Sequence record: SRR31156797_6890
Strand: one strand, 5' to 3'
Length of the DNA stretch: 64,000 nt
Part shown: positions 37,088 through 48,821 of the stretch, one piece after another
Layout of the letters: every line of letters starts with the position of its first letter
How positions within the stretch are numbered: the stretch's first letter is position 1
Made by a program: the position numbers and the translations under genes
Notes under the pieces: model-generated
The model's database searches: none
The model's input: the letters and a program-made list of their open reading frames with translations, nothing else
Told to the model about the DNA's origin: nothing

Positions 37088-37363
37088 ATGACGATGTTCA
37101 AAGTCATAATTCGAGATTTTCTGGGGCTTATTGTTATTATTTCAACGATACTCGCGACACTTGGTATATTACTCGACTTGTTTGTGGTATTCGCTTACTT
37201 CACTAACGAAAACTCCATAGCCAACATGTTTTTCCACGAATCGTTTTACCTACTCGTTTTCTTGATTCCACCGTACTTTATCGCGAAGTACATTACTAAC
37301 TCACAACGAGTTGCAGATGTTGAAACCTACTTACTACTTAAACATAAAAACGAGCATTCTTAG
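37088..37363 (+). CDS. Small hypothetical membrane protein (about 91 aa)
   Basis: GAGGG RBS before ATG 37088; two hydrophobic segments; CRP-like TGTGA-N6-TCTAA at 37013-37028. Confidence 0.7.
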   Translation: MTMFKVIIRDFLGLIVIISTILATLGILLDLFVVFAYFTNENSIANMFFHESFYLLVFLIPPYFIAKYITNSQRVADVETYLLLKHKNEHS

Positions 37364-37399
37364 CGTTTACAGTACCTGTAGACCTCACTTGAATAGAAG

Positions 37400-37432
37400 A
37401 AAAGGCTAATGAGTTGAACCTATTAGCCTTTT
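37400..37432. terminator. Bidirectional intrinsic terminator at the end of the cob operon
   Basis: AAAAGGCTAAT...ATTAGCCTTTT between convergent genes. Confidence 0.8.
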
Positions 37433-37449
37433 ATTATTCATAAATAGCA

Positions 37450-38511
37450 TTAAGCAGGATTGGGTAGGTCTACACCGTCATTACCCATTGTCCCCATTCT
37501 ATTGACCATGGCATGCGCTGCATCGATGAACGGCATAGCTAAGGTTGCACCGCTGCCCTCGCCGAGTCTAAGCCCCATATGAATGAAAGGTTTTAGCTTT
37601 AAGTGTTCTAAAGCAACCACAGCCCCCTTTTCTGCTGACTCATGAGATGGGATCAAATACTCCCATACAGCAGGCTGAATTTTACAAGCAATCATTGCGG
37701 ATGAATAAGATAAGAACCCATCCAGCACCACAGGCACCCTCATTGCCGCTGCACCTAAAATGGCACCCGTCATGCCCGCCAAATCAAAGCCGCCTACTTT
37801 GGCCATAATATCGATAGGATCATTTTCATCAGGATGATTCAGCGAAAGAGCCACAGAAACGACATCGACTTTATGCTTCAACTGACTACTAGGGAAATTA
37901 GCACCGAGACCCACAACATGTGTCGGCAGCTGCCCGGTAACAATACTCACAATGGCGGCTGCCGGTGTTGTGTTCGCAATACCTAACTCTCCAACACCAA
38001 TTACGCTTAACTGCTCGCGATCAATCGCTTGTTTAACGTAATTGGCAGTGTCGAGGATTAACTGTTCGGCTTGCTCATAACTCATGGCTGGCCCTTTAGC
38101 GATATTATTACAGCCCCGAGCGACTTTCATATTGGTGATTCCATCGATTGGGTCGCTATCGATTCCAACATCAATCATCTCTACATCAACATGAGTTGCA
38201 TGACTTAACGCAGCAACCCCAGTCAGCCCTTTAACTGTATTGACTGCCTGCATAGTGGTCACTTCTTGCGGCGTGACGGCGACACCTTCATCAAACACGC
38301 CATGATCGGCTGCCATCACAAAGATTTTTTTCTTACCCACATTCCAATCGGTCGTGCGATAAATTGCAGCCAACTGCGCAGCTAACTGTTCTAATTGACC
38401 CAAACTGCCAATCGGTTTAAACAATTGATCAATATGACGCTGAGCCCGTTCCCGCGATACTTCATCAACAGGAATGATTGATTCTTTCAAATCATTTAAT
38501 AACGTACTCAC
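37450..38511 (-). CDS. cobT: Nicotinate-nucleotide:dimethylbenzimidazole phosphoribosyltransferase
   Basis: KPIGSLGQLE, AADHGV, GELGIANTT, LRLGEGSG. Confidence 0.95.
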   Translation of the reverse strand: MSTLLNDLKESIIPVDEVSRERAQRHIDQLFKPIGSLGQLEQLAAQLAAIYRTTDWNVGKKKIFVMAADHGVFDEGVAVTPQEVTTMQAVNTVKGLTGVAALSHATHVDVEMIDVGIDSDPIDGITNMKVARGCNNIAKGPAMSYEQAEQLILDTANYVKQAIDREQLSVIGVGELGIANTTPAAAIVSIVTGQLPTHVVGLGANFPSSQLKHKVDVVSVALSLNHPDENDPIDIMAKVGGFDLAGMTGAILGAAAMRVPVVLDGFLSYSSAMIACKIQPAVWEYLIPSHESAEKGAVVALEHLKLKPFIHMGLRLGEGSGATLAMPFIDAAHAMVNRMGTMGNDGVDLPNPA

Positions 38512-38567
38512 AAGCTATTCTCCTTCCATGTATGCTGGCTGGGCATAGCGATTGAACATCAATGTAG

Positions 38568-39335
38568 TTAACTGTTAATCGTTATTACACTGGTGATAGC
38601 CATTAAAAAACATAATTCAAACAATTCGTTACCGGCACCAAGGGTATCTCCAGTTTGTCCACCTATGGTGTTATTGATATAGCGGCGATAGATCCAGGCA
38701 AACAAGCCTGTTAACCCGAAGGCAATGAGGCTTTGCCCCCCAAGCAACCAACTACAGATGGCAGCGCCAAGCAGCAGGGTGAGATAAAACTGCTGAGAAG
38801 AAAGACGATTAATATAGATATGACCCAAGCCTGATTCTCTGGCGTATGTCTGCTTATACATAAGCAAAGACATCCAAGTTCGGCTCGCACATGGCGATAG
38901 GATTAATATTAACAATGCCGAGTTTGGCGAAGTCTCGAGGATTTGTGTCACCGTCAAAATTTTTAATATCAGCACAAAAAACAGAGCCAAAGCACCGTGT
39001 GTCCCTAACCTGCTGTCTTTCATGATTTCCAGCATTCTGTCTGGTGTTCTAGCTGAGAAAATACCGTCACAGGTATCTGCTAACCCATCGAGATGAAAAC
39101 CACCACTTAGCACTGCCATCAAAAAAACGTATGTCGCAGCACTGAGCGCACTTCCCCAATGGAGCACCGAGAACAAACTTAACGTAATGGCTGACGCTAT
39201 CGCACCGAGGATCACCCCTACCACAGGAAAGGTAACGACACCTCGGTATGTCTGGTCAAAGTCGAAATCACTGGTCCAATGTTGTGGAACAGGGATACGG
39301 GTAATAAACTGAAGCGTGACTAAGAAAGGTTTCAT
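38568..39335 (-). CDS. cobS: Cobalamin 5'-phosphate synthase
   Basis: [40 protein letters not shown] overlaps the cbiP stop (ATGA). Confidence 0.95.
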   Translation of the reverse strand: MKPFLVTLQFITRIPVPQHWTSDFDFDQTYRGVVTFPVVGVILGAIASAITLSLFSVLHWGSALSAATYVFLMAVLSGGFHLDGLADTCDGIFSARTPDRMLEIMKDSRLGTHGALALFFVLILKILTVTQILETSPNSALLILILSPCASRTWMSLLMYKQTYARESGLGHIYINRLSSQQFYLTLLLGAAICSWLLGGQSLIAFGLTGLFAWIYRRYINNTIGGQTGDTLGAGNELFELCFLMAITSVITINS

Positions 39336-40906
39336 ACCACGCATTCCTGCGCCTTTTTTGCCAAGGTTAGCGGAAAATCATCCATAATCCGCTCTAGTTG
39401 CTCGATATCTATGGCCTCACGTAAACCATCAGCCAGTAAATCAAACTGAACACTTTTGTACTGCGCGTAGTCGAACACATCTTCTGCTAACGGTTCCAAA
39501 CCTTTTTTCATTCGTAACTGATTTAAGAAATATCGGGTAAACACACCATGATCAAATAATCCATGGATATAAGTGCCTATCACCCTCCCATCCTCAGCGA
39601 CTGCTCCATCCAAAATACTCACGGTTTGATGGTTTCTGGTTTGGATTTCAACAAAGGGTTTTACGCCTTTACCCAATTCCGTCTCACCCATGTGAATCTC
39701 ATAACCATTAAGTTCTATGCCTGCGGCTTGGTTTAGTAAACCATCACCGTGATTTAGAATCTGACCTTTTATCTGAGTAGTATGTTTGGACTGCGCAAAT
39801 TTGGTGACAGTATCAAGCAACCCCAATCCTTCCATTTGGTCGATACCGGATTCAACGCCATCAATCAGTGTTTTGCCGAGCATTTGATAACCACCACAAA
39901 CGCCCAATACTGCACAACCATGATTTGATTTTTGAATGATCGCCGCCGATAAACCTTGTTCGTTTAGATGACACAAATCTGCCAAGGTATTCTTGCTACC
40001 TGGAAGGATAATTAAATCTGGATTACCAAGCTGAGAGACTTTAGCCACATATCGTAAGTTGACGTCTGGTTGAGCTTCAAGGGGATTAAAATCCGTGAAA
40101 TTGGAAATCCGTGGTGTTTTAATTACCGCTATATCCAATTTATCATCGTCGTTTTCTATACCCAGTTGATGACGGAGTTTTTCCGGTTGCAGAGCAACAC
40201 CATCCTCTTCTTCTAAATCCACATCAAGATACGGTACAACGCCAATAACCGGGACTTGTGTGAGTTCTTCTATCTGCTTAATACCGAGCTTCAACAGTTC
40301 AACATCACCTCTGAACTTGTTAATGATTACCCCACGAACTCTTTTACGCTCTTGCTCAGAAAGCAGCATTAAGGTTCCGTAAATGGAGGCAAATACACCG
40401 CCTCGGTCGATATCGGCGACAAGAATAACCGGTGCGTTGATTAGCTCCGCCATACCCATATTGACGATGTCACGATCACGAAGATTGATTTCCGCCGGAC
40501 TGCCAGCACCTTCTAACACCACAACGTCGTTCTCTTTAGCCAGGTCAGTAAATGCATGGAAGATCTGTTGTTGCAGCTGCGGCTTGAATTCGTGATAAGT
40601 GACCGCATCCATATTGGTGAGGACCTTACCCATAACAATAACTTGTGAATGGCGATCGCCCGTTGGCTTTAATAACACTGGGTTCATGCGAACATCAGGC
40701 TCTACGCCAGCCGCTTCGGCCTGAAATATTTGCGCACGCCCCATTTCATCACCACAGCGAGTAATACCTGAATTCAGTGCCATGTTCTGGGCTTTAAAGG
40801 GAACACAGCGATAGCCGTTTTGTGCCAATATTCGACAAATACCGGCCACCAACACACTTTTACCGACATCAGAAGCGGTACCCTGAAACATGATTGCACG
40901 ACTCAT
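39332..40906 (-). CDS. cbiP: Cobyric acid synthase
   Basis: [45 protein letters not shown]. Confidence 0.95.
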   Translation of the reverse strand: MSRAIMFQGTASDVGKSVLVAGICRILAQNGYRCVPFKAQNMALNSGITRCGDEMGRAQIFQAEAAGVEPDVRMNPVLLKPTGDRHSQVIVMGKVLTNMDAVTYHEFKPQLQQQIFHAFTDLAKENDVVVLEGAGSPAEINLRDRDIVNMGMAELINAPVILVADIDRGGVFASIYGTLMLLSEQERKRVRGVIINKFRGDVELLKLGIKQIEELTQVPVIGVVPYLDVDLEEEDGVALQPEKLRHQLGIENDDDKLDIAVIKTPRISNFTDFNPLEAQPDVNLRYVAKVSQLGNPDLIILPGSKNTLADLCHLNEQGLSAAIIQKSNHGCAVLGVCGGYQMLGKTLIDGVESGIDQMEGLGLLDTVTKFAQSKHTTQIKGQILNHGDGLLNQAAGIELNGYEIHMGETELGKGVKPFVEIQTRNHQTVSILDGAVAEDGRVIGTYIHGLFDHGVFTRYFLNQLRMKKGLEPLAEDVFDYAQYKSVQFDLLADGLREAIDIEQLERIMDDFPLTLAKKAQECVV

Positions 40907-40923
40907 ATCGACTCCTTTATACG

Positions 40924-41715
40924 TTATCCGGCGATCATTTCGTGCTCGTGACGAAACAAAGGCATATTCAGTTCCTGATGCATTTTCACTAGCCAGGGTT
41001 GCTCTAACCCGACTTGTTCAATAAAGGTTTTATCCAGAAATACAGTGTCAGGTTCACCCTGAGAAACCAGCTCTCCATGGCTCATCACATACACATAATC
41101 ACAGACGTCATAGATCAAATTGATATCGTGACTCGACATCACCACATTTTTGCCCAAGTCGGAAATGGAGCGGATTAAAGTTTTCATCTGCTTAGTGCCT
41201 AAAGGGTCAAGCCCTGCGGTGGGTTCATCAAGCAGTAAATAGTCAGTATCCATAACCAAGGATCCCGCTAACGCGACGCGCTTTTTCTGACCAAAACTGA
41301 GATATTGAATGGGCTTATGAGCAAAGCTTTCACCATCGACCATTTCCAACGCTTTCTTTACTCGCTTCTCTACCTCTGCTTCATCAAACCCCAGGTTTCT
41401 TAAACTGAACGCGATGTCGTTATATACATCGGTATAGAAAATTTGTTGATCCGGCTCCTGAAACAATAAAGTGACTTTTGAGCGGTGCTCGATTAATGCG
41501 GATTTGCTATAGCCGATAGACTGACCATCCCACATCACTTCACCTTTTGTTGGTTTATGCAGGCCAAGTAACAACTTAAATAGTGTGGACTTACCACAAC
41601 CATTTGCTCCTACGACACCGATAACAGGGTGAGATGAAAAATCCATATTAATATTGGTTAATACCGTTTCATCTTTGTCATAACAAAAGCTCATTGCACT
41701 TACTGATAGCGTCAT
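40924..41715 (-). CDS. cbiO: Cobalt ECF transporter ATPase
   Basis: [30 protein letters not shown]. Confidence 0.92.
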   Translation of the reverse strand: MTLSVSAMSFCYDKDETVLTNINMDFSSHPVIGVVGANGCGKSTLFKLLLGLHKPTKGEVMWDGQSIGYSKSALIEHRSKVTLLFQEPDQQIFYTDVYNDIAFSLRNLGFDEAEVEKRVKKALEMVDGESFAHKPIQYLSFGQKKRVALAGSLVMDTDYLLLDEPTAGLDPLGTKQMKTLIRSISDLGKNVVMSSHDINLIYDVCDYVYVMSHGELVSQGEPDTVFLDKTFIEQVGLEQPWLVKMHQELNMPLFRHEHEMIAG

Positions 41716-42389
41716 TGATGAAACTCTCCCTGATACAGCTTAACCGCCAAAGCACTTTGCATATGCTGATGACGTATCATTACCCGCTGAAGCAGAACTC
41801 CGACTAACATCGCTAAAGACTTAAGCCATAAGCCTCTTCGGGTATATCCAAAGCGCAAAGTCTGTGCGATGAAAATGGCATGCGCTTCTTCGATGAAAAT
41901 GAATATAAATCGATACGTCAGCAAAACTTGCTCAACCAACACAGAAGGAAGACGTGCTTTTTTCAGCAAAACAACACATTGGTTGAATGGCGTGATAATC
42001 ACGAAACACAGCGTCGCAGCAATAGAACACAAACAGCGGAACAGTGTCGTTAACGCAGTGTCCACCGTTTGTGCACTGACACCAATGTAGCCATCGAACA
42101 TCGGTATACTTGCCATTAATGTTGATGAGCTATCGCTGTAGGTTAAAAGCATTGCAATCAGGCTCATGACAAGAAAACCGAATGGTAAACTTAACCATTT
42201 AAAATACTGAGCCGACGTCAATCGACCTGCATAGCAAGTCGCAAAACTCAATAATAAAAACAACGCCAATTGCCACAACATTGGGGTCATCATGGCTAAA
42301 ACCAGAATCGTCATATACCCCCACCACTTATAGATAGGCGAGATATGTATCCAACGATTCTGATAGGCATACTTATCGATGATCAGCAT
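41712..42389 (-). CDS. cbiQ: Cobalt ECF transporter T component
   Basis: IDKYAYQNRW, YRFIFI, AQTLRFGY. Confidence 0.9.
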   Translation of the reverse strand: MLIIDKYAYQNRWIHISPIYKWWGYMTILVLAMMTPMLWQLALFLLLSFATCYAGRLTSAQYFKWLSLPFGFLVMSLIAMLLTYSDSSSTLMASIPMFDGYIGVSAQTVDTALTTLFRCLCSIAATLCFVIITPFNQCVVLLKKARLPSVLVEQVLLTYRFIFIFIEEAHAIFIAQTLRFGYTRRGLWLKSLAMLVGVLLQRVMIRHQHMQSALAVKLYQGEFHQ

Positions 42390-42657
42390 CAGTGCGTCTT
42401 CTACCTTGATAGAAACCTAAAATATAGAAAATCACGGCTGCACCTAGCGAACCTTGCAAAGTAAAGAGCAAGCTTTCAATCTCACCACTAGCAGGTTCAA
42501 CGAGAGGTTCTATCCATGGCTCATAATCCGGAGCGATTTGAGTAATGAACGATTCGGCTTGCCCATCAGCGCCAGAAAACTCTGCACCTTGATTGATGAA
42601 TAGTGGCACTACGACCAGCGCCAACAACATCGCTACAATTACTAGATTTTTTTTCAT
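42373..42657 (-). CDS. cbiN: Cobalt transport protein CbiN
   Basis: FSGADGQA, EPASGEIESLLFTLQ. Confidence 0.93.
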   Translation of the reverse strand: MKKNLVIVAMLLALVVVPLFINQGAEFSGADGQAESFITQIAPDYEPWIEPLVEPASGEIESLLFTLQGSLGAAVIFYILGFYQGRRRTDADHR

Positions 42658-43394
42658 CGCAACACCCTCTCTTGAAACGAGATCAACTCACGTTTGGTCA
42701 ACTGCTCATAGATAAGAACCGTTAATAAGCCTTCGGCAACCGCAATAGGTAACTGGGTAAACAGGAAAATACCCATAAATTTGCTCATCGAAGCCATCGC
42801 GCCCAGTTGCGGGTCGGGGAATGCTGCGCCAAGCTGTAAGGACGTGACCGCATAGGTTGATATATCAGCGACAAAAGCAACTAAGAACACGGCGACATCT
42901 TTTCTTAGATTCATTCGGTTGGCCGCAATCCATACCAAATAGCCGATCATTGGGCCAATCACTGCCATCGACATGCCATTAGCACCTAGAGTCGAAATTC
43001 CGCCGTGAGCAAGTAGCAACGCCTGAAAAAGTAACGCAATGCCTCCCAGAACAGGAACAACCATAAAGCCAAACAAAATCACCGCTAAGCCAACACCTGT
43101 TGGGTGTGAGCAACTTCCGGTCACAGAGGGCAATTTCAGCGCAGAAAGCACAAATATAAAGGCACCGCATAACGCAAGCAGTACTTTCTTGTTGGCATCT
43201 TCTGACACAATCTGTTTGAGGTTTCTAACGCTCATAATCACAAAAGGAATAAACAGCGCCCACCAGACTAATGCCCATGTTGGTGGTAAAAATCCTTCCA
43301 TAATATGCATTGCATTGGCAGTTAAAGGAGACATGGCTATAGCACCTGCCCATACCATTAACGCGACACGTTTTGCATTAAAATTGAATGACAT
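42654..43394 (-). CDS. cbiM: Cobalt ECF transporter S component
   Basis: Signal peptide then MHIMEGFLP, GSCSHPTG, AHGG. Confidence 0.95.
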   Translation of the reverse strand: MSFNFNAKRVALMVWAGAIAMSPLTANAMHIMEGFLPPTWALVWWALFIPFVIMSVRNLKQIVSEDANKKVLLALCGAFIFVLSALKLPSVTGSCSHPTGVGLAVILFGFMVVPVLGGIALLFQALLLAHGGISTLGANGMSMAVIGPMIGYLVWIAANRMNLRKDVAVFLVAFVADISTYAVTSLQLGAAFPDPQLGAMASMSKFMGIFLFTQLPIAVAEGLLTVLIYEQLTKRELISFQERVLR

Positions 43395-43405
43395 ACACGA
43401 ACTCC

Positions 43406-44128
43406 TTAGTGATCGTTAACATTCGTCCAACTGCGATTTACCACAATTGTCGAGAAATAAGGCAGAGCCTCTCCATCCTCGACTTGTGATAAATCCGGGT
43501 AATAAATTTCGTTGTCCATAGAGGCATTTGCCATCAATACCGCGTGTTCCAGCAGACCTTGTTCACGTAGCAGCTGACGCACTTTGTCAAAACGTCCATA
43601 AACCTTCATCAGCACGACGGCTTCATGCTCCTTAAGCGCACGGCGTAGTACTTCTATGTCGGCAGTACAAGACATAACCGCTAACGATTGTTGTTCCATA
43701 CAAAGAGGGAAATGGGCCTGCGAGGCAATGCACGAGAATGAAGTGATGCCCGGTATGATGTCGATGTCGATTTTATGAATCAGTCGCTCAAGCAGAAATA
43801 CCCAAGTACTGAACAGCATGCTGTCACCAAGAGTAATAAAACCAACTTCTTTTCCATGATTGACGTCTGTTTCGATCTCGAGTGCAACGTCATCCCAGGC
43901 TTGCTGCTTCTCAGCGGCATCGTTGGTCATTGGAAAATGACGCTCTTTGATCAACACATCCTTACCGATGTATTCACGTACGATAGATAAAGCCAAACTG
44001 TCGCCACCTTTACGCCCCGCAGGAGCGTATAAAACGTCAAGTTTCTCTAATAAGCGAGCGGCTCGAACCGTTATCAAATCGCTGGCTCCAGGACCTGTTC
44101 CTATGGCATAGAGTTTTCCGTTTTTCAC
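43406..44128 (-). CDS. cbiL: Cobalt-precorrin-2 C20-methyltransferase
   Basis: GTGPGASDLIT, LGDSMLFST, PGITSF, LMKV; GTG start. Confidence 0.92.
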   Translation of the reverse strand: MKNGKLYAIGTGPGASDLITVRAARLLEKLDVLYAPAGRKGGDSLALSIVREYIGKDVLIKERHFPMTNDAAEKQQAWDDVALEIETDVNHGKEVGFITLGDSMLFSTWVFLLERLIHKIDIDIIPGITSFSCIASQAHFPLCMEQQSLAVMSCTADIEVLRRALKEHEAVVLMKVYGRFDKVRQLLREQGLLEHAVLMANASMDNEIYYPDLSQVEDGEALPYFSTIVVNRSWTNVNDH

Positions 44129-44916
44129 GCCACTTTCTCCTTTACCATTTCAGTACTCGCCAGATGTTCAACAAACATTTTCCTGATCAAAGGGTTTTCA
44201 CCTAAACCCTGAACAATGGGTTCTGCCTGAATTCCGGCTTTTTGAATCAGTGTTTTCCAAGAATCTGGTTCGTCTGACGCCATGTCATTGATCGCGTGGT
44301 CACCTGCTACTAACATCAAAGGCATTAAGTAAACCTTGTTAACGCGCTCATTCTCCAAGCGGGTAATGACACTTTCGATTTCTGGATAACTCTCAACCGC
44401 GCCAACGACATACGGGAGATTTCTCGACATCATCATGTGATCAAGACAAGCGTAAGCAGAGAAAGCATGATGCGTCGCTCCGTGCCCCATCAGGACTAAA
44501 CGCTCGTCATGTTTTAGTTTCGGCGCTTGATATTCGATGGCTTCGACCAGTTGATCGTAATCTTCGATGCAGCTCAGAAGCGGTAATCCCAGTTGAAGGT
44601 TGTCAAAATGATCTCGGTACGACTCAACCTGCTGCGAGATTTTTTCGTATTCATCACCATTAATGATGTGGAGTGATTGGATAACAACGTCTCGGTAACC
44701 CGCCTCTTTCAATCGCTGCAGTACCTGTTGAGGATTATCGATATGTACCTCATCACGCTTGGCCAATTTGCGAATGATCATCGACGAAGTGAATGCACGG
44801 AAAAAATCACGATTAGGGTAAGCGCGAGCAAGTTCGGCTTCGCATGCCTCAATATTCTTTTTCATTGCATGGGGATAGCTAGTCCCAAAGCTGATCACAA
44901 CTAATGCTTTTTTCAT
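44125..44916 (-). CDS. cbiK: Sirohydrochlorin cobaltochelatase
   Basis: SFGTS, RAFTS, MGHG, MLVAGDHAINDM. Confidence 0.95.
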   Translation of the reverse strand: MKKALVVISFGTSYPHAMKKNIEACEAELARAYPNRDFFRAFTSSMIIRKLAKRDEVHIDNPQQVLQRLKEAGYRDVVIQSLHIINGDEYEKISQQVESYRDHFDNLQLGLPLLSCIEDYDQLVEAIEYQAPKLKHDERLVLMGHGATHHAFSAYACLDHMMMSRNLPYVVGAVESYPEIESVITRLENERVNKVYLMPLMLVAGDHAINDMASDEPDSWKTLIQKAGIQAEPIVQGLGENPLIRKMFVEHLASTEMVKEKVA

Positions 44917-45713
44917 ACTAAACTCGCCTCTTGTTGCCAGCTATCAAACAGCTCAGCGCAAGCGTTTAGGTCCGTTTGATAACTTTGATATTGGTTAATC
45001 GATGTTGTTTGCGGCCGCTCAATAACGATGCAAGTAATCCCAAGCTCAATACACGGCTCGACTTTTTCAATAAATCCACCTTCTTGCCCAGACTCTTTGG
45101 TAATCACCACATCTGGCTGAACCATTTCATACAAGGCGGAGTTCATGTTCTTAGTGAACGGCCCTTTCATGGCAATGATGTTATCGATACCCAGGCCAAG
45201 GGTGTTGCATTCTGCGATTACGTCAGCGACGGGCAATACCCGAGCAACCAACGTTTTATCTCGAAGTATGCGTTTAAACGACTCTAAGTCTTTGCTGCCT
45301 GTGGTTAGCAGCACTTTGTTTTGATGCTCAGAAACCTTACGGCATGCATCCATTACGTTGTGCGCTTTAATAATCAATGGAGATTCCAGTGCGCTTACGG
45401 CACTAGGGCGTTCATAGCGCATCACCGGACAGTGAATACTTTCGCATGCAACAACTATCGTCAGCCTCAATGCTTGCGCATAAGGATGAGCGGCATCGAT
45501 CACATAGTCGACGCTATTTGCCTCGATAAAATCGCGCATTTGACTGATGTCCATGCGGCCTAATACAACCTTATCGGCAAATCGTTTCGCACTATGCTGA
45601 CCTTCTTCGGTCGCCACTGACAGGGTAAATCGAATATCACGTTGTTCTAATGCGTCACACAGAGCTAACGCATCGGAGGTTCCTCCAAACACCAAGACAT
45701 GATTAGGACTCAC
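44913..45713 (-). CDS. cbiJ: Cobalt-precorrin-6A reductase
   Basis: FGGTSD, DAAHPYA, LTTGSK, TKESG. Confidence 0.92.
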   Translation of the reverse strand: MSPNHVLVFGGTSDALALCDALEQRDIRFTLSVATEEGQHSAKRFADKVVLGRMDISQMRDFIEANSVDYVIDAAHPYAQALRLTIVVACESIHCPVMRYERPSAVSALESPLIIKAHNVMDACRKVSEHQNKVLLTTGSKDLESFKRILRDKTLVARVLPVADVIAECNTLGLGIDNIIAMKGPFTKNMNSALYEMVQPDVVITKESGQEGGFIEKVEPCIELGITCIVIERPQTTSINQYQSYQTDLNACAELFDSWQQEASLV

Positions 45714-46435
45714 AATGAATACCCTCTTGGCGTAATCATCATTCCCTGATCGATGTAGGTAGACTGGTTGCCAACCACCACTAAAGTACGCATATCAACC
45801 AGTTCAAAATCCATTTCTTCAAAAGGCAAAATCCATTTTTGCTCTTTACGTCGCCCCGCTTCTTTAACGATACCAACGGGGGTGTTCGGGTCTTTATGCG
45901 GTGCCATCAACTCAAATGCGCGCCTCAAATGCCCTTCACGGCCTCGGCTACGAGGGTTATAAAAGCAAATAACAAAATCTGCTTCAGCAGCGTTAATCAC
46001 TCGCTTTTCAATCAGCTCCCAAGGAGTAAGCAGGTCACTTAAACTAATATGGCAAAAGTCGTGCATCAAAGGCGCACCCAGCACAGAGCCAGCGGCAATA
46101 CTGGCAGTCATGCCGGGTATCACTTTGACTTCCACATCCCACTTTTGCTTAGTCACCATTTCAAGAATCAAGCCTGCCATTCCGTAGACACCGGAATCAC
46201 CGCTACTGATAATGGCAACGGTTTTACCGGATTGAGCAAGCTCTAAAGCCGCCTGACATCGTTCTATTTCCTTACACATGCCGGTCTTGATCACGGGCTT
46301 ATCACCGACCAGAGCTTTAACCAGATGCGTATAAGTTTTATAACCCACAATGACCTCAGATGCCTCGATAGCTTCTCGGGCTTGGTACGTCATCATATCC
46401 AGTCCACCCGGACCAATTCCTATCACGTATAACAT
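45710..46435 (-). CDS. cbiH: Cobalt-factor III C17-methyltransferase
   Basis: GIGPG, SSGDSGVYGMA, HDFCHISLSDLLTPW, TPRGY. Confidence 0.95.
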   Translation of the reverse strand: MLYVIGIGPGGLDMMTYQAREAIEASEVIVGYKTYTHLVKALVGDKPVIKTGMCKEIERCQAALELAQSGKTVAIISSGDSGVYGMAGLILEMVTKQKWDVEVKVIPGMTASIAAGSVLGAPLMHDFCHISLSDLLTPWELIEKRVINAAEADFVICFYNPRSRGREGHLRRAFELMAPHKDPNTPVGIVKEAGRRKEQKWILPFEEMDFELVDMRTLVVVGNQSTYIDQGMMITPRGYSL

Positions 46436-47505
46436 CAGTTCAATACTCCATAGGTAATAGTGATACCTTGCTGCTTAATGGTTTCACCCAGCAAAGTTCC
46501 GTTGCTTAATAGCCATGCGGTTGGTTGTGATACCGCACCAACGCCAACTGTTTTTTCTACGAATTCAGAGCGAGGAAAACGGTCAGCACACTGATTCAAC
46601 TCATCCGCAGTAAACACTTCAAATGGCACGTCATAGGTTTTCGCTAAATTCACTATCGCTTGCTCGTTTCGCTTAACGTCAATACTGCCGATAATACTCA
46701 ACGCTTTAGTGTGAATATTCAGAGCTTGCAATTGACTGGTGAACAAAGATTTTAATAACTCTGGCTCAACGCCTTTACGACACCCAATACCAGCAACTAA
46801 ACGTTTAGGAATCAGCTGGAAGGTTGGCACAGACCATGTTGGGCGAACGGATTGCATAGAAACATCAATGAGCGCATCCAATTCACTTTGTTCGACATTT
46901 GTGTCATCAACCACGGTCAAACCACGGATATCAAAGCTGTGAATGTCAAAATCGAACTGCTTAGCAAGAAAAGGATCAACCATGATCCCTACCTTCTTAC
47001 CACTCACCAACAACTGGTTAATGGTTTTTGTTGCTACTCGAAAATCCATCGTGTCGGCACACATCTGTTTAGCAAGTAAATCAAATGCACACGTTTGATT
47101 GACATCTGTTGATGTGGTGATGACCGCCGTACCATTAATCAAATGAGATAAATAACGTGCCAACTCATTTGCCCCACCGACGTGCCCAGACAATAAGCTA
47201 ATGACATGTTTACCTTTCTCATCTATCACGAGTACGGCAGGGTCAGTAAACTTATCCTGAAGCAGAGGAGCGATAGTTCGCACGACAATTCCACAGGCTC
47301 CAACGACAATAATTGCGCTATCGCGTAAAAAAGCCTGACCCAGCGTGTTCTTAAAGCTTTCTACAAATGGAGTGAAACCTTCTTGTAAGTACTTTTCTGA
47401 GCAATAACATTGCATTGGCAAGTGTTCACGCAACTTGTTCGCCACTTGCTGTCCACCAGGCGTTAGGGTGAATAGAGAAACCGATTCACATCTAACGGTA
47501 TTCAT
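46435..47505 (-). CDS. cbiG: Cobalt-precorrin-5A hydrolase
   Basis: [25 protein letters not shown]; start MNTV at 47505. Confidence 0.92.
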   Translation of the reverse strand: MNTVRCESVSLFTLTPGGQQVANKLREHLPMQCYCSEKYLQEGFTPFVESFKNTLGQAFLRDSAIIVVGACGIVVRTIAPLLQDKFTDPAVLVIDEKGKHVISLLSGHVGGANELARYLSHLINGTAVITTSTDVNQTCAFDLLAKQMCADTMDFRVATKTINQLLVSGKKVGIMVDPFLAKQFDFDIHSFDIRGLTVVDDTNVEQSELDALIDVSMQSVRPTWSVPTFQLIPKRLVAGIGCRKGVEPELLKSLFTSQLQALNIHTKALSIIGSIDVKRNEQAIVNLAKTYDVPFEVFTADELNQCADRFPRSEFVEKTVGVGAVSQPTAWLLSNGTLLGETIKQQGITITYGVLN

Positions 47506-48256
47506 GGCAAAACTCCGCATCGTACAGTTTGGAGTAGTGGTACTCTTCACCGAGAAAACGTCCCACCAAAATGAGTGCCGTCTTATAGATACCTGCTTCT
47601 GTTACTTTTTGTGCAATGTCAGCCAGTGTTCCTTTCAAAATCTGGCAGTCTTTCCAAGTCGCTTTATAGACAATAGAAACCGGAGTATCTGACGGATATC
47701 CTCCAGTAATCAGTTTGTCGACAACTTCACCAATGCCTTTCACTGATAAGAAAATCGCCATCGAAGTCTGATGCTGGGCAAAGCTTTCTAATGATTCCAG
47801 CGCAGGAGTCGGGGTTCTACCAGCCATTCGAGTAATGATGAGGCTTTGTGAGACTTCAGGAACCGTGTATTCCACACCCAATTCAGAAGCAGCACCAAGA
47901 AAGGAAGAGACCCCCGCAACGGAGCGAAAACCAATGCCTAATTTTTCAAGTTCTTCGCCCTGCTCTCGAATTGAACCATATAGAGAAAGATCACCTGTCT
48001 GTAGTCTAACTACGAGTTTTCCCGCTTTTACGCCGTCAGCCATCATGGTGATGATTTGTTCAAGATGCATATAGGCACTGTCGTGACATTCTGCGCCCGG
48101 CTTACAGTAATTCAGCAGTTCAGGGTTAATTAAAGAACCCGCATAAATTACGATATCAGCCTGTTTTAAAACGTTGTAGCCCTTTAATGTTATTAGCTCT
48201 GGATCACCCGGACCTGCGCCAACAAAATAGACTTTAGAATGATCAAAGTTATCCAT
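47492..48256 (-). CDS. cbiF: Cobalt-precorrin-4 C11-methyltransferase
   Basis: [26 protein letters not shown]. Confidence 0.95.
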   Translation of the reverse strand: MDNFDHSKVYFVGAGPGDPELITLKGYNVLKQADIVIYAGSLINPELLNYCKPGAECHDSAYMHLEQIITMMADGVKAGKLVVRLQTGDLSLYGSIREQGEELEKLGIGFRSVAGVSSFLGAASELGVEYTVPEVSQSLIITRMAGRTPTPALESLESFAQHQTSMAIFLSVKGIGEVVDKLITGGYPSDTPVSIVYKATWKDCQILKGTLADIAQKVTEAGIYKTALILVGRFLGEEYHYSKLYDAEFCHEYR

Positions 48257-48821
48257 GACGTTGATTCCCCTTAATACATGAAACGATAAATGTTGGATTA
48301 TTTGGCTTAAAGTAGTAGCTGGTGGCGAGAGAAGTCATGGTCGAGACTTGGATTTGGCTACATTCAAAATCTTCAATATTGCAGGTGTTTAAATAGCTTA
48401 ACGCTTGGTTAAGGCTACCATGCAAAATGAAGGTCATAACCAAACGACCACCCTCTTTCAGGTGTTCTAATGCCCAGTCGATAATCTGTTCTAAATTACC
48501 ACCCGTACCGCCGACAAAAACAGCATCGAATTTTCCGGTCAATTCACACGGTGCCATCTGGTTAATGAGGTGGATATGATTGCATCCGAAACGCTCCATG
48601 TTTTGGTGCATGATTTCGACTGCATGTTCATTCTTTTCAATGGCGTAAACGTGTAAGTGCTCGTATTTAAGAGAGGCTTCCAAGGCAATACTTCCTGTTC
48701 CCGCTCCCACATCAACAAATCGGCTTGCGGCCCCTAACTGCAACTTATCAAGTACGATGGTTCGTATTTCCTGTTTCGTCATTGGGACTTTATTAGCTCG
48801 CATAAATTCACTGTCTTTCAT
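48249..48821 (-). CDS. cbiT: Cobalt-precorrin-6B C15-methyltransferase (decarboxylating)
   Basis: [24 protein letters not shown]. Confidence 0.93.
   Translation of the reverse strand: MKDSEFMRANKVPMTKQEIRTIVLDKLQLGAASRFVDVGAGTGSIALEASLKYEHLHVYAIEKNEHAVEIMHQNMERFGCNHIHLINQMAPCELTGKFDAVFVGGTGGNLEQIIDWALEHLKEGGRLVMTFILHGSLNQALSYLNTCNIEDFECSQIQVSTMTSLATSYYFKPNNPTFIVSCIKGNQRHG

Noticed and set aside
37364-37449. Possible att site or mobile-element boundary at the left end of the cob island
   Set aside because: Only a bidirectional terminator is visible; no tRNA, integrase, IS end or direct repeat can be supported within this window.
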